A stretch of DNA of 64,000 nucleotides, from assembly GCA_965199955.1 (NCBI GenBank), contig CBDATQ010000002.1:96001-160000 (forward strand), in the 5' to 3' direction. The position numbers and the translations under genes were made by a program. The DNA is from Spirochaetia bacterium. GTDB lineage: Bacteria; Spirochaetota; Spirochaetia; SZUA-6; Bin103. This document shows, piece after piece, positions 49,228 to 58,348 of this stretch (the stretch's first letter is position 1; each line of letters starts with the position of its first letter). The notes below the pieces were generated by a model, which was given only the letters and a program-made list of their open reading frames with translations, was not told where the DNA came from and made no database searches.

Positions 49228-51396
49228 ATGAACGACACGACCACCGCGGATGGGCTGGCGCTGTACCTGTCGCCCGACGGCAACGACAACTGGAGCGGGC
49301 GCCTGCCGGAGCCGGACCCGGCGGGCAACGACGGCCCGCTGGCGACGCTCGAATGGGCACGGGAGATGGTGCGGCGTTTGCGCGAGAGCGGGGATGCACA
49401 CGGCCCCATCACTGTCTGGGTGCGCGGCGGCCGCTACCACCTGGGCCAGCCGGTGTGGTTCAACGGGCGCGACTCCGGTCCGACGACCTACCGCGCCTGT
49501 CCCGGCGAGACTGCGACGTTCACGGGCGGCCGCCGCGTGACCGGGTGGCGCGTGACCACGGCGGCCGAGGTCGGCATAGCGACGGCCGACGCCGCCGCGA
49601 GCGAACGCGAGGTCTGGGTGGCCGATCTCGACGCGGTCGCGGCCGGCTCCTGGCATTTCCGGCAGCTCTTCGTGAACGGCGAGCGGCGCCCCCGCGCGCG
49701 CCTGCCCAGGAAGGGCTACTTCTGGATCGAGGACGTTCCCGGCTTCGGCCTGCGGGCGAGTCAGAACGACGAGTTCATCCACGGCCACGACCGCTTCGTG
49801 GCCCGGGAGGGGGACGTGGCCCGGTGGCGCAATCTGAGCGACGTCGACGTGGTCGTCCACCACTACTGGGTGGAGGAGCGGCTGCCGATCGCGAGCTTCG
49901 ACGAGCACACGCGGGTGGTGACCAGCAGCCGGCGAAGCATCTTCGTGCTGCGCGACGACGTGGGACAGCGGTATGCCAAGTACTACGTCGAGAACGTCTT
50001 CGAGGCGCTGTCGGAGCCGGGGGAGTGGTACCTGGACCGGTCGCGCGGCCGGCTGTTCTACCTGCCGCTGCCGGGCGAGTCCCCGGACGGCGCGGAGGTC
50101 TACGCGCCCGCGTGCGAGCAGCTTCTGCTGCTGCGCGGCATGCCCGAGCGCCCGGTCGAGGGAGTGCAGTTCGTGGACCTGACCTTCGAGTGCTGCGACT
50201 GGAGCCAGCCCGGCCCCGGATCGCTGGAGGGCTTCGAGATCGGTGACCACATGAACCCTGGCGACAGCTACGGCGCGACCGCGCAGGCGGCGTGCAACCT
50301 GGCCGGCGTCATCGACCTGCAGTACGCGCGGGGCTGCGGGTTGGAAGGCTGCACGCTCCGGAACCTGGGGCTGTATGGGGTCGTGCTCCGCAACGGGTGC
50401 CACGACATCCACATCGTCGGCAACGAGATCGCCGACCTCGGCGCCGGCGGGGTGCGCATCAACGGCGGGAACGCCGATTCCGCCTCGCGTGACCGCACCG
50501 GCCGCAACGTCATCACCGACAACACCATCCGTGCGGGCGGGCGCGTGTTCCCGAGCGCGGTCGGCATCCTGATCATGCACAGCTTCGACAACGTGGTCGC
50601 CCACAACCACATCCACGACCTGTACTACTCAGGCATCTCCTGCGGCTGGATCTGGGGCTACGGCGACACCGTCGCGAAAGGCAACCGCATCGAGCGCAAC
50701 CACATCCACGACCTGGGCCACGGCGTGCTCAGCGACATGGGCGGCATCTACACGCTCGGCGTCCAGCCGGGCACCGTCCTGCGCGGGAACCTCGTCCACG
50801 ACATTCGCCAGGCCAACTACGGCGGCTGGTGCATCTACCTGGACGAGGGCAGCTCGCATCTCCTGGTAGAGAACAACGTCTGCTACAACGCCGGGACGCA
50901 GGTCTTCAATCAGCACTACGGCCGCGAGAACATCGTGCGCAACAACGTCTTCGCCCGCGGCGGCCACAGCGTGATCTCGCTGGGGCGCGTCGAGGACCAC
51001 ACGACCTTCACGCTGGAGCAGAACCTGCTGCTGACCGCCGAGCGGCCGGTGTTCGCCCAGCGGCCGCGGGGAATCACCGGCGCGCGGGGGTTTCGGAGCA
51101 ACCTCAACCTGCTCTGGGACGTGGCCGCCGCCGCCGCGGGGCGCGGCGGTGAGCCGATCGTGGCCGCCGTCGGCACCTACGACGCGGACGCCAACTGGGT
51201 GGAGCGGAGTCGCGACGAGCTGAACGAGTGGCGGGCCGGCGGCAACGACACGCACAGCATCGTCGCCGACCCGCTCTGCGCCGGCCTGGAGCAGAACGAT
51301 TTCAGTCTGCTGCCGGGCTCGCCGGCGCTGGCGCTCGGGTTCCGGCCCATCGACCTCGCCGACGTCGGACCCCGACCGATCGAGCAGCGCCGGTAG
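49228..51396 (+). CDS. Right-handed parallel beta-helix protein (GH141-like architecture)
   Basis: YLSPDGNDNWSG, RQLFVNG.R..RAR, PGEWYLD, HN.IHDL.YSGIS.GW, SDMGGIYTLG, IYLDEGS. Confidence 0.82.
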   Translation: MNDTTTADGLALYLSPDGNDNWSGRLPEPDPAGNDGPLATLEWAREMVRRLRESGDAHGPITVWVRGGRYHLGQPVWFNGRDSGPTTYRACPGETATFTGGRRVTGWRVTTAAEVGIATADAAASEREVWVADLDAVAAGSWHFRQLFVNGERRPRARLPRKGYFWIEDVPGFGLRASQNDEFIHGHDRFVAREGDVARWRNLSDVDVVVHHYWVEERLPIASFDEHTRVVTSSRRSIFVLRDDVGQRYAKYYVENVFEALSEPGEWYLDRSRGRLFYLPLPGESPDGAEVYAPACEQLLLLRGMPERPVEGVQFVDLTFECCDWSQPGPGSLEGFEIGDHMNPGDSYGATAQAACNLAGVIDLQYARGCGLEGCTLRNLGLYGVVLRNGCHDIHIVGNEIADLGAGGVRINGGNADSASRDRTGRNVITDNTIRAGGRVFPSAVGILIMHSFDNVVAHNHIHDLYYSGISCGWIWGYGDTVAKGNRIERNHIHDLGHGVLSDMGGIYTLGVQPGTVLRGNLVHDIRQANYGGWCIYLDEGSSHLLVENNVCYNAGTQVFNQHYGRENIVRNNVFARGGHSVISLGRVEDHTTFTLEQNLLLTAERPVFAQRPRGITGARGFRSNLNLLWDVAAAAAGRGGEPIVAAVGTYDADANWVERSRDELNEWRAGGNDTHSIVADPLCAGLEQNDFSLLPGSPALALGFRPIDLADVGPRPIEQRR

Positions 51397-51431
51397 ACGG
51401 TCCAATCCGGGCGCGTCGATAATCCGGCTCC

Positions 51432-52754
51432 ATGATTCGCTCGATCGTCTCCCGCAACGACGACATCTACGAGTGCTTTCCCGACCTGGCGCAATGCGAG
51501 GACGGCACGCTGGTGTGCGTGTACCGGGAGTGCATGTTCCATGCGCCGTTTCCGTTCTCGCGGATCATCTGCAGGCTGAGCCGCGACGGCGGCATGAGCT
51601 GGCTGCCCCGCAGCATCATCGACGAGTGCGTGGTCTCGCCGGAGCTGTTCGAGGAGTCGCGCTCGTGGCTGAGCGAGGCGGCGATCGCCGGCTACGAGGA
51701 GTCGCGGGTGCGCATCACCGATCAGACGCGGGTGGGCGCGTCGATGAACTGCCCGCGGCTCATCCGCCTGCATGACGGGCAGCTCCTGCTGGTCGTGGAC
51801 TACCGGTTCGGCGCGCCGCGGGGCGAGCACCGCTGGGTCAACCTGTTCTACCGCAGCACCGACGGTGGGGTGAGCTGGCAGGGACCGGAAGGGCCGGGCA
51901 TTCACGGTCCGGTCGTGCCGTCGCTCACCCAGTTGCGCGACGGCCGCGTGGTATTCGGCGGCGCCGAGGTGACCGGCACCGCGGGCGACCAGAAGGTGGA
52001 GACCCAGTACGTCTACTTCTCGGAAGACCAGGGCAGCAGTTGGTCGGAGCCGGTGGCGATTCCGGGCCTGCCGCCCGGCGAGCAGCGCATCATGCCCGGG
52101 TACCGGCAGTGGCTGGGCTTCGGGGAGGGCGCCTTCCAGGAGCTGGATGACGGTACCATCCTCGGCATCCTGCGCGCCGACAGTCTCGGTCAGGGCTACA
52201 AGGTCCTCTCCCACGACGGTGGCCGGACGTGGCAGGGGCCGTTCGCGACGCCCATGATCGGCCTGGAGGGCCGGCCCGGTCTGGGCCTGCTGTCGTCCGG
52301 GGAGGTCGCCGTGACCTATCGCATCGGCCTGCCGAACGAGATGCTGGCGCTGCACCTCATGACGCAGGAGGCGGCGCTCAGGGAGGACGTGCAGCCGATG
52401 GTGGAGCGCAGGCCGATGCCCGAGGACCGCGCGGGCGTGCACGACCCGAGCGAGCCGTGGTACATGCGCGAGTACTACCCGGGATTCACGGTCATCCTCG
52501 ACCAGGACCGCAGCGTGCACCGCGACTGCGGGTACTCCGGCTGGGTCGAGCTCGCCAACGGCGACCTGTACGTGGTCGACTACTGCCACGACGACGCGCC
52601 GCGCGCCCACATCCGCAGCTACCGGGTGCAGCGCGAGGACATCATCATGTTTCCGCCCGGCGACCTGCCGTGGCTGCACCCGTCCGGCCAGCCGTTCCTG
52701 GACATGACCCGGGGCATGGCCGAGCGGCAGCACCGGCAGAACACGCCGTCGTGA
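51432..52754 (+). CDS. Sialidase-like (BNR/Asp-box) protein
   Basis: SRDGGMSW, STDGGVSW, SEDQGSSW, SHDGGRTW; DCGYSGWVEL. Confidence 0.8.
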   Translation: MIRSIVSRNDDIYECFPDLAQCEDGTLVCVYRECMFHAPFPFSRIICRLSRDGGMSWLPRSIIDECVVSPELFEESRSWLSEAAIAGYEESRVRITDQTRVGASMNCPRLIRLHDGQLLLVVDYRFGAPRGEHRWVNLFYRSTDGGVSWQGPEGPGIHGPVVPSLTQLRDGRVVFGGAEVTGTAGDQKVETQYVYFSEDQGSSWSEPVAIPGLPPGEQRIMPGYRQWLGFGEGAFQELDDGTILGILRADSLGQGYKVLSHDGGRTWQGPFATPMIGLEGRPGLGLLSSGEVAVTYRIGLPNEMLALHLMTQEAALREDVQPMVERRPMPEDRAGVHDPSEPWYMREYYPGFTVILDQDRSVHRDCGYSGWVELANGDLYVVDYCHDDAPRAHIRSYRVQREDIIMFPPGDLPWLHPSGQPFLDMTRGMAERQHRQNTPS

Positions 52755-54229
52755 CCCGTCCCAACGTCCTCATCATCAAGAGCGACCAGCACAATGCGCG
52801 CTGTCTGGGCGTCAACGGCCACCGCCAGGTGCGCACGCCGCATCTCGATGCGCTCGCCAGCCGCGGCGTCAACTTCACGCGCGCGTTCGTGCAGAACCCG
52901 ATCTGCACTCCCAGCCGGATGTGCTACCTGACCGGCCAGTACGTGCACAACCACGGAGTCTTCGGCCTGTCGGGCAACGAGCGTGTGCCGGACGGATTGC
53001 CGTCGCTGTTCTCGACGTTCAAGGCAGCCGGATACCGTACCGGCATCGTCGGCCACATACACGTGGACGGCGCATGGCTGGAGCCGCACTGCGACCTGTA
53101 CCGCGATCTGCACGACGAGGCGCGGCCCGGTGACACGCCCTACGACCGCTATCTGGACGCCAAGGGCCTGAAGCATCTGCGCGACGACGGGGAGTACCGG
53201 GGACGCAGTCAGATCCTCGATGCCTGCCCCTCCGAGCTCGCCTTCGAGGACACCAACGAAGGGTACTGCCTGCAGAGCTTCTACGACCTGCTGGAGGGAA
53301 CGGCAGACGAAGAGCCGTTCCTGTTCCAGCTCGATCCGTTGCATCCGCACCAGGACTACATCCCGGCGCCCGAGTTCTGGGAGCTGTACGACGGCGTGGA
53401 GCTGGAGCTGCCGCCGAGCGCGGACGAGGACCTGTCGGCCAAGCCTCCGCACCAGCAGCGGATGATCGCCCGCCATCACGGCTACGACTGGGTGTTCGAG
53501 CCGCGCACCTATCCGGCCGGCCGGCTGCGCAAGCTGCAGGGCTACTACGGGTGCATCTCACAGGTCGACCACATGGTGGGACTGGCGCTGCAGCGGCTGG
53601 AGCAGATGGGCCGCGCCGAGAACACCATCGTCGTGTACTGCAGCGACCACGGCGACTTCGCTCTGGAGCACGGCTTCCTGGAGAAGGCGCCGGGCATCAG
53701 CTACGATGCGATCACGCGAGTACCGTTCATCTGGAGCTGGCCCGCCGGCGGTATCGCGCAGGACCTGACGGTCGGCGAGCTGGTCGAGAGCGTCGACGTG
53801 TTCCCGACGCTCTGCGCGCTGGCGGGCATCGAGGCGCCGGACACGATCGACGGCCATGACCTGGGGCCGCTGCTGCGCGGTGCCGGCGCCGCCGTGCGGG
53901 AATTCGCCGTCACCGAGTGCCCGTTGAGCAGAACGATCCGCACCAAGGAGTGGAAGCTCTGTCACCGGCCGCGCGGCGCTTTCGCCGGCGTGGAAGACGC
54001 GGGCGAGCTGTACCACGTCGCCGAGGATCCCTGGGAGATGGACAACCGCTACGCCGACCCCGCCTGCCGGGAGATCCGCGAGCGCCTGCGCCGGTCGCTG
54101 TTCGACTGGACGCAGCTCACCACGCGCTACGGCAACACGTGGCCCCACCAGCCGCCCGGCGCCGACGGCAAGGGCACCCTGACGGGCTTGCGCACGCTGC
54201 TGGATGAGGAGCAGGTGTTCTATCTCTGA
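52751..54229 (+). CDS. Cys-type sulfatase (S1 family)
   Basis: GTG 52751 overlapping the upstream stop; RPNVLII.SDQH, CTPSR (CxPxR), SDHGD, ELYHVAEDPWEMDN. Confidence 0.92.
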   Translation: MTRPNVLIIKSDQHNARCLGVNGHRQVRTPHLDALASRGVNFTRAFVQNPICTPSRMCYLTGQYVHNHGVFGLSGNERVPDGLPSLFSTFKAAGYRTGIVGHIHVDGAWLEPHCDLYRDLHDEARPGDTPYDRYLDAKGLKHLRDDGEYRGRSQILDACPSELAFEDTNEGYCLQSFYDLLEGTADEEPFLFQLDPLHPHQDYIPAPEFWELYDGVELELPPSADEDLSAKPPHQQRMIARHHGYDWVFEPRTYPAGRLRKLQGYYGCISQVDHMVGLALQRLEQMGRAENTIVVYCSDHGDFALEHGFLEKAPGISYDAITRVPFIWSWPAGGIAQDLTVGELVESVDVFPTLCALAGIEAPDTIDGHDLGPLLRGAGAAVREFAVTECPLSRTIRTKEWKLCHRPRGAFAGVEDAGELYHVAEDPWEMDNRYADPACREIRERLRRSLFDWTQLTTRYGNTWPHQPPGADGKGTLTGLRTLLDEEQVFYL

Positions 54230-54239
54230 GGCGTCGCGG

Positions 54240-55298
54240 CTACAGGGACGCGCCCTCCCGCAGCCACTCCTCGTTGAACCGGGCGCACTTCAGGCGGCTC
54301 TTGATCGAGTCATAGGGCGGAAAGTGGTAGGTCTTGGCCAGCCACTGCTGCCAGACGACCACGATGGTGCCGTCCTCGGCGCTGGTGACGCCCGGGTAGG
54401 AGACCTGGCAGCCGGGATTGGTAAGGATGCGGTGGTGCGCCCAGCTCACGCAGTCGTCGTAGGAGATGGCGACGCTCAGGGGGTAGCGGTTCATCGCGCC
54501 GACATACGGCGTGTTGGTCCACACCACGACCACGGCGCTCGGCTCGAACGACAGGCGGTGAAGCGCGGCCGGCGTGTTCGAGGCCACCAGCACCGTGGGC
54601 ACCGGGTCGCTCCAGGTGGTGCCGCGATCGCTCGACCGCGACTGGTAGTGGCGGCCCCTCGTGGAGCGGACGATCATGATCAGGTCGCCGTTGCGGAGCT
54701 CCACCACGGCCGGTTCGTCGGCCCCATTGGGATCGTCGGGAAGCTGCACGTCTGAACCGGACTGCCAGCTCTCGCCGCCGTCGGTCGACGTGAGGACGCT
54801 GGACACGCACACCATTTCCCGTTCGTAGACCTCGCCCCCGTCCTCCAGGTTGCGGACGTAGTAGTAGGGCAGCACCAGGGTGCCGTCGCGCAGCTCCAGT
54901 CCTTCGTTGGCGTGACCGTTGTAGCGCTTGCCGGTGTCGATGTGAGTCGCCGCTCCGAAGGTGCGGCCGCCGTCGCCGCTCGGCATCCGGTAGAGAGACG
55001 AGTGCCGGTAGCGTGGCGCATCGTCGCCGTCCGTGACGGACTCGTACGCGCTATAGTGCAGGGCCGTGCCCCGCCGCGCGGCGAGCAGCACGGGATCTCC
55101 TTCCACGCCCGGCGCCATCACCTCGGCCCCGCTCCAGGAGGCGCCGGCATCGGACGATCGCGAGCCCATCGTGTTCTCGCCGTCGATCCATACCGCGACG
55201 ATGTCGCCGTTCGGCATGCGTGCCACGCCGGGAACGGACCCGCCCGTGATCTCCGGCTCCAGGGTGAGCTCCTGGTAGAACGGTCCTGAACGTGCCAT
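54240..55298 (-). CDS. Sialidase-like (BNR/Asp-box) protein
   Basis: From MARSGPFY; SSDAGASW, SGDGGRTF, STDGGESW, DEP, SSDRGTTW, R.PL, SYP. Confidence 0.82.
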   Translation of the reverse strand: MARSGPFYQELTLEPEITGGSVPGVARMPNGDIVAVWIDGENTMGSRSSDAGASWSGAEVMAPGVEGDPVLLAARRGTALHYSAYESVTDGDDAPRYRHSSLYRMPSGDGGRTFGAATHIDTGKRYNGHANEGLELRDGTLVLPYYYVRNLEDGGEVYEREMVCVSSVLTSTDGGESWQSGSDVQLPDDPNGADEPAVVELRNGDLIMIVRSTRGRHYQSRSSDRGTTWSDPVPTVLVASNTPAALHRLSFEPSAVVVVWTNTPYVGAMNRYPLSVAISYDDCVSWAHHRILTNPGCQVSYPGVTSAEDGTIVVVWQQWLAKTYHFPPYDSIKSRLKCARFNEEWLREGASL

Positions 55299-55375
55299 TC
55301 GTCTTGCCTCCACAGCGCGGGTCGGTTGGTCGGCCGATGATACGGGCTTCGGTGCGGCGCAGTCACCGCACGGCC

Positions 55376-56239
55376 CTATACGGCCAGATACGCAGCCATG
55401 CGCTCGAGCTGGTGGAGAAACAGGTCCACCGTCCACGAGTCGAGGCCTCGCTGCTCACTCAGCGGAAGAAACCGTCGAACGTCGTCTGCCGCACGTTTCC
55501 AGTCGACGCTCTCGATCTTCGCTCGCAGGGTCTGGAGCAACCACTCGTTCGAGACCTCGAAGGATCGCCCTTGCCACGGACCCTGTTGCAACAGCGCGTT
55601 GCCGAGCAGCGCCAGGTCGGGAGCGGTCCGGCGCGCTACGTACCAGAGGAAGTCGTACCAGTCGCGCCCCTTGACATAGCGGCGGCACAGCAGGGCGTGG
55701 GTCTTCGTTCCAAACCCGGAGGACAGCGTTTGCGTCGTGAGCGGCGCCGTGGTCGGGAAGGTCAGATACGAGGTCTCGAAAGATGACCCTTGCGGTGGAT
55801 TGATATCGATCTCGAGCCTGATCCGAACCTTCTTCCCGCTGACGCGTTCGAACGGAAGGTCGATCGTCACCACGCTGCCGATGGAATCCGTCTTGACGAA
55901 CGCCTTGCGTACGGCGCCCACGGCACGGCTCTTGTCCTGAATCTCGATCCGCAGTCCCTCCGCTTCGCAGTCCGCTGCAATGCGCTGCAGGTGCGGCTCC
56001 CACACGAACTGCCGATCGGGCTGCTTCAGCAGAAAGTCGAGGTCTTCGGAAAAGCGGTTCATGCTGTGACAGATCCGCAGGCAGGTGCCGCCATGAAACA
56101 TGGCGGCGGAAAACAGGCCTGACCTCGACAGGCTCGCCAGCACGTAGTGCTGCATCAGCTCCGCGAGCATGTTCTCCTGCTCGATGGCGTTCGTCGGGGC
56201 ATACTCCCGGATTCGCGCCTGCAGGACGTTACTCAGCAA
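55376..56239 (-). CDS. AbiEii/AbiGii nucleotidyltransferase toxin (type IV TA)
   Basis: FHGGTCLR....NRFSEDLDF, K.HALLCR, KGRDWYD. Confidence 0.9.
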   Translation of the reverse strand: MLSNVLQARIREYAPTNAIEQENMLAELMQHYVLASLSRSGLFSAAMFHGGTCLRICHSMNRFSEDLDFLLKQPDRQFVWEPHLQRIAADCEAEGLRIEIQDKSRAVGAVRKAFVKTDSIGSVVTIDLPFERVSGKKVRIRLEIDINPPQGSSFETSYLTFPTTAPLTTQTLSSGFGTKTHALLCRRYVKGRDWYDFLWYVARRTAPDLALLGNALLQQGPWQGRSFEVSNEWLLQTLRAKIESVDWKRAADDVRRFLPLSEQRGLDSWTVDLFLHQLERMAAYLAV

Positions 56240-56888
56240 GAGATGCCTCCTTCGCCAGATGCTCCAGATAGGCGACGACCCTGCGGTTTCGGATGCTGTC
56301 GCTGATGTCGGGCAGCGCCGCGACCGACACGCCGCTCAAATCGTCCGGCTCGATGCGCAGCGACTCCAGAACGTACCCCGGACCGTCGTTCTGCCAGGAA
56401 ACCGATGTGTCGAGGTAGAGCATGTCGGCCAGAGCGCGCAACGGGGTGGCCACGAACGCCCACGAATTGGAGCCGAGGTTGACCGCCTCGACCCCGGCCC
56501 GCGGTTGTCGTGCGGGAACCCGTTGAAACGAGAACACTCCCAGGTCGGTCGTGAACGATCGACTCCTCCGTGCGGTCACGCTTCCGGTCTGATGGACCGC
56601 CTCCGGAATGAGTCCATGATGGGCAAGCGCGGATTCCAGGCTCACATGTGACGGCGAATGCAGAAACGCGGCGACGGCATACGGGTGAAGCTCCGTCCTG
56701 CGGTATTCCGGGCGCAGCGCGAACAGCCCGGGTCTGAGGCGACTGATCTCGCCGCGCGCCACGGCTCGATGCACCAACTGCTTGCGAGCGCCGGCGGAGC
56801 CGTCGGGAAAGAGGTTGCCCACCACCGTCTCGTTGAACAGCCCGCCCGGCGGCGCGAGCTTCATGACGGCTTCGGTCAGCGACTGCAT
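56229..56888 (-). CDS. AbiEi-like antitoxin
   Basis: RLRPGLF, SHVSLESALAHHGLIPE, ATPLRALADMLY. Overlaps the toxin start. Confidence 0.85.
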   Translation of the reverse strand: MQSLTEAVMKLAPPGGLFNETVVGNLFPDGSAGARKQLVHRAVARGEISRLRPGLFALRPEYRRTELHPYAVAAFLHSPSHVSLESALAHHGLIPEAVHQTGSVTARRSRSFTTDLGVFSFQRVPARQPRAGVEAVNLGSNSWAFVATPLRALADMLYLDTSVSWQNDGPGYVLESLRIEPDDLSGVSVAALPDISDSIRNRRVVAYLEHLAKEASLAE

Positions 56889-56890
56889 CG

Positions 56891-56925
56891 TGCGCACAGA
56901 TTACGAAAAACGTAACCTGTGCGCA
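56891..56925. promoter_or_regulatory. Inverted-repeat operator upstream of abiEi
   Basis: TGCGCACAGATTACG-AAAAA-CGTAACCTGTGCGCA; arms match at 14/15; directly before ATG 56888. Confidence 0.7.
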
Positions 56926-57009
56926 AATATTATGACACTGTCGCGGATCACCGGTCCCTCGCGTTGCCGACGGTTGGGGGCCGTAGTCACCGTGATACTC
57001 TTCTTGCGC

Positions 57010-57381
57010 ATGGGCCTGACCCACGTCACGACGCGAGTGACCAACCTCTCCGGGGCGGGAACCCCCTACGAGGCCGAGTTTCTGGTCGATACGGGGGCAG
57101 TGGATTGCCTGGGTCCCGCCGACCGCCTGCGCGCGGCAGGAATCCAACCGGAAGGCAAGGCCGTGTACGAGTTGGCGAATGGCCAGCCGGTGGAGTACGA
57201 GTACGGATTCGCTCGCGTCGCGCTGATGGGACAGGAGACGGTCGTGCAGATCATCTTCGGTCCCGAAGACGCAGAGCCCATCCTCGGCGTGGTGGCGCTC
57301 GAGAACATGGGAGTCACCGTCGATCCGATCACGAGAGTCCTGCGCCGCCTGCACGCCAAGCCGTTGAAACACTTCGGCTGA
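57010..57381 (+). CDS. Clan AA (retropepsin-like) aspartic protease
   Basis: MGLTHV, FLVDTGA, YELANG, EPILGVVALE.MG..VDP. Confidence 0.85.
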   Translation: MGLTHVTTRVTNLSGAGTPYEAEFLVDTGAVDCLGPADRLRAAGIQPEGKAVYELANGQPVEYEYGFARVALMGQETVVQIIFGPEDAEPILGVVALENMGVTVDPITRVLRRLHAKPLKHFG

Positions 57382-57418
57382 CCGGGGGCGCGAACCTCGC
57401 CTGATCCGGCGCCGGACG

Positions 57419-57943
57419 TCACAGGTGACGCACGTGGGGCAGAAGCTCGCTGCCCGGACGGCCGGCAACGGTTGTGGCCCACCCGGTCAGGTCCGGCCGC
57501 GAACCGTAGAGGACGAAGACCTTGCCGTTCCGCGCGATGCCGGGGCGGAGGCCGCCGTCCACCCGCCATCCTCTCGCCGCGCCCGGCAGCAGGGCCGCCG
57601 AAGGAGCGGTGATCGCGTCAGCTCCCTGCGCTCGCAGGCGACGTGCCTCCGACTGGCACCTCGTATACGTTCGGGGACCACCGGTGATGACTTCCAAGGA
57701 AACTGTCGGCCGTGCCGGCGGCTCGCTTCCCACGTCTACTGCCCACAGCGCACGCCGGATGCCGGACAGGTCCTCGGGCTCGGTGATCTCCTCGTGGGGC
57801 AGGAACTCGGCCCACGCTCCGTCCGGCGTGTCACTGAAGTAGTGAGCCGGCCCTTCGCCCTGCGCGTGCCACCGCCCGGCAGGCTGCGAACGACTCTCCC
57901 ACAGAAACGGATAGCGGGGATCGGTGTGGCGGAACGCGATCAC
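57419..57943 (-). CDS. RES domain toxin (NAD+ phosphorylase family)
   Basis: AFRH.DPRYPFLWE...QPAGRWH, HYFSDTPDGAWAEF, APSAAL. GTG overlaps the antitoxin TGA. Confidence 0.78.
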   Translation of the reverse strand: MIAFRHTDPRYPFLWESRSQPAGRWHAQGEGPAHYFSDTPDGAWAEFLPHEEITEPEDLSGIRRALWAVDVGSEPPARPTVSLEVITGGPRTYTRCQSEARRLRAQGADAITAPSAALLPGAARGWRVDGGLRPGIARNGKVFVLYGSRPDLTGWATTVAGRPGSELLPHVRHL

Positions 57944-58268
57944 GTTGCCGGCGAGGAGACCAGGGCGGCGGCAAGGTCGCGCACCCGTTGCGGGCCGGGG
58001 TCCTCGGGTTGCCACGTGCCATCCAGGAGCTGGGCAGGTGAGCGGCTGCCGAGCAGTTTCCGCGGGCGCTGGAACCATCGGCGGACGCCGAAGTCATTGT
58101 GTAGGCCCCCGCAAGGTCGCCGATGATCAGTGCCAGGAAGTGGAGGCGAGCCGCGATCCCATCGGGAGTCGCGCGGCTCCCGGACAGATAGCGGCGCACG
58201 CTGGAAGAGGAGATTCCGAGAAGCGAGGCGAGCACCTCGCCGCCCAGTACGACGTTCAGCCGGCCCAT
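57940..58268 (-). pseudogene. Xre/MbcA-like antitoxin, frameshifted and probably 5'-truncated
   Basis: LASLLGISSSSVRRY...LAGAY, an extra AC near 58100 (TAC AC AAT GAC), then NDFGVRRWFQRPRKLLGSRSPAQLLDG.W.PED...SPAT*, ending on the RES start. Confidence 0.72.
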
Positions 58269-58348
58269 TCGCAGGCAGGCATCATATCCAATCGCGGGCA
58301 CGGGACATCAACCGACTGCCCGACGGTCCCGACTCCGCGTGATACCCT

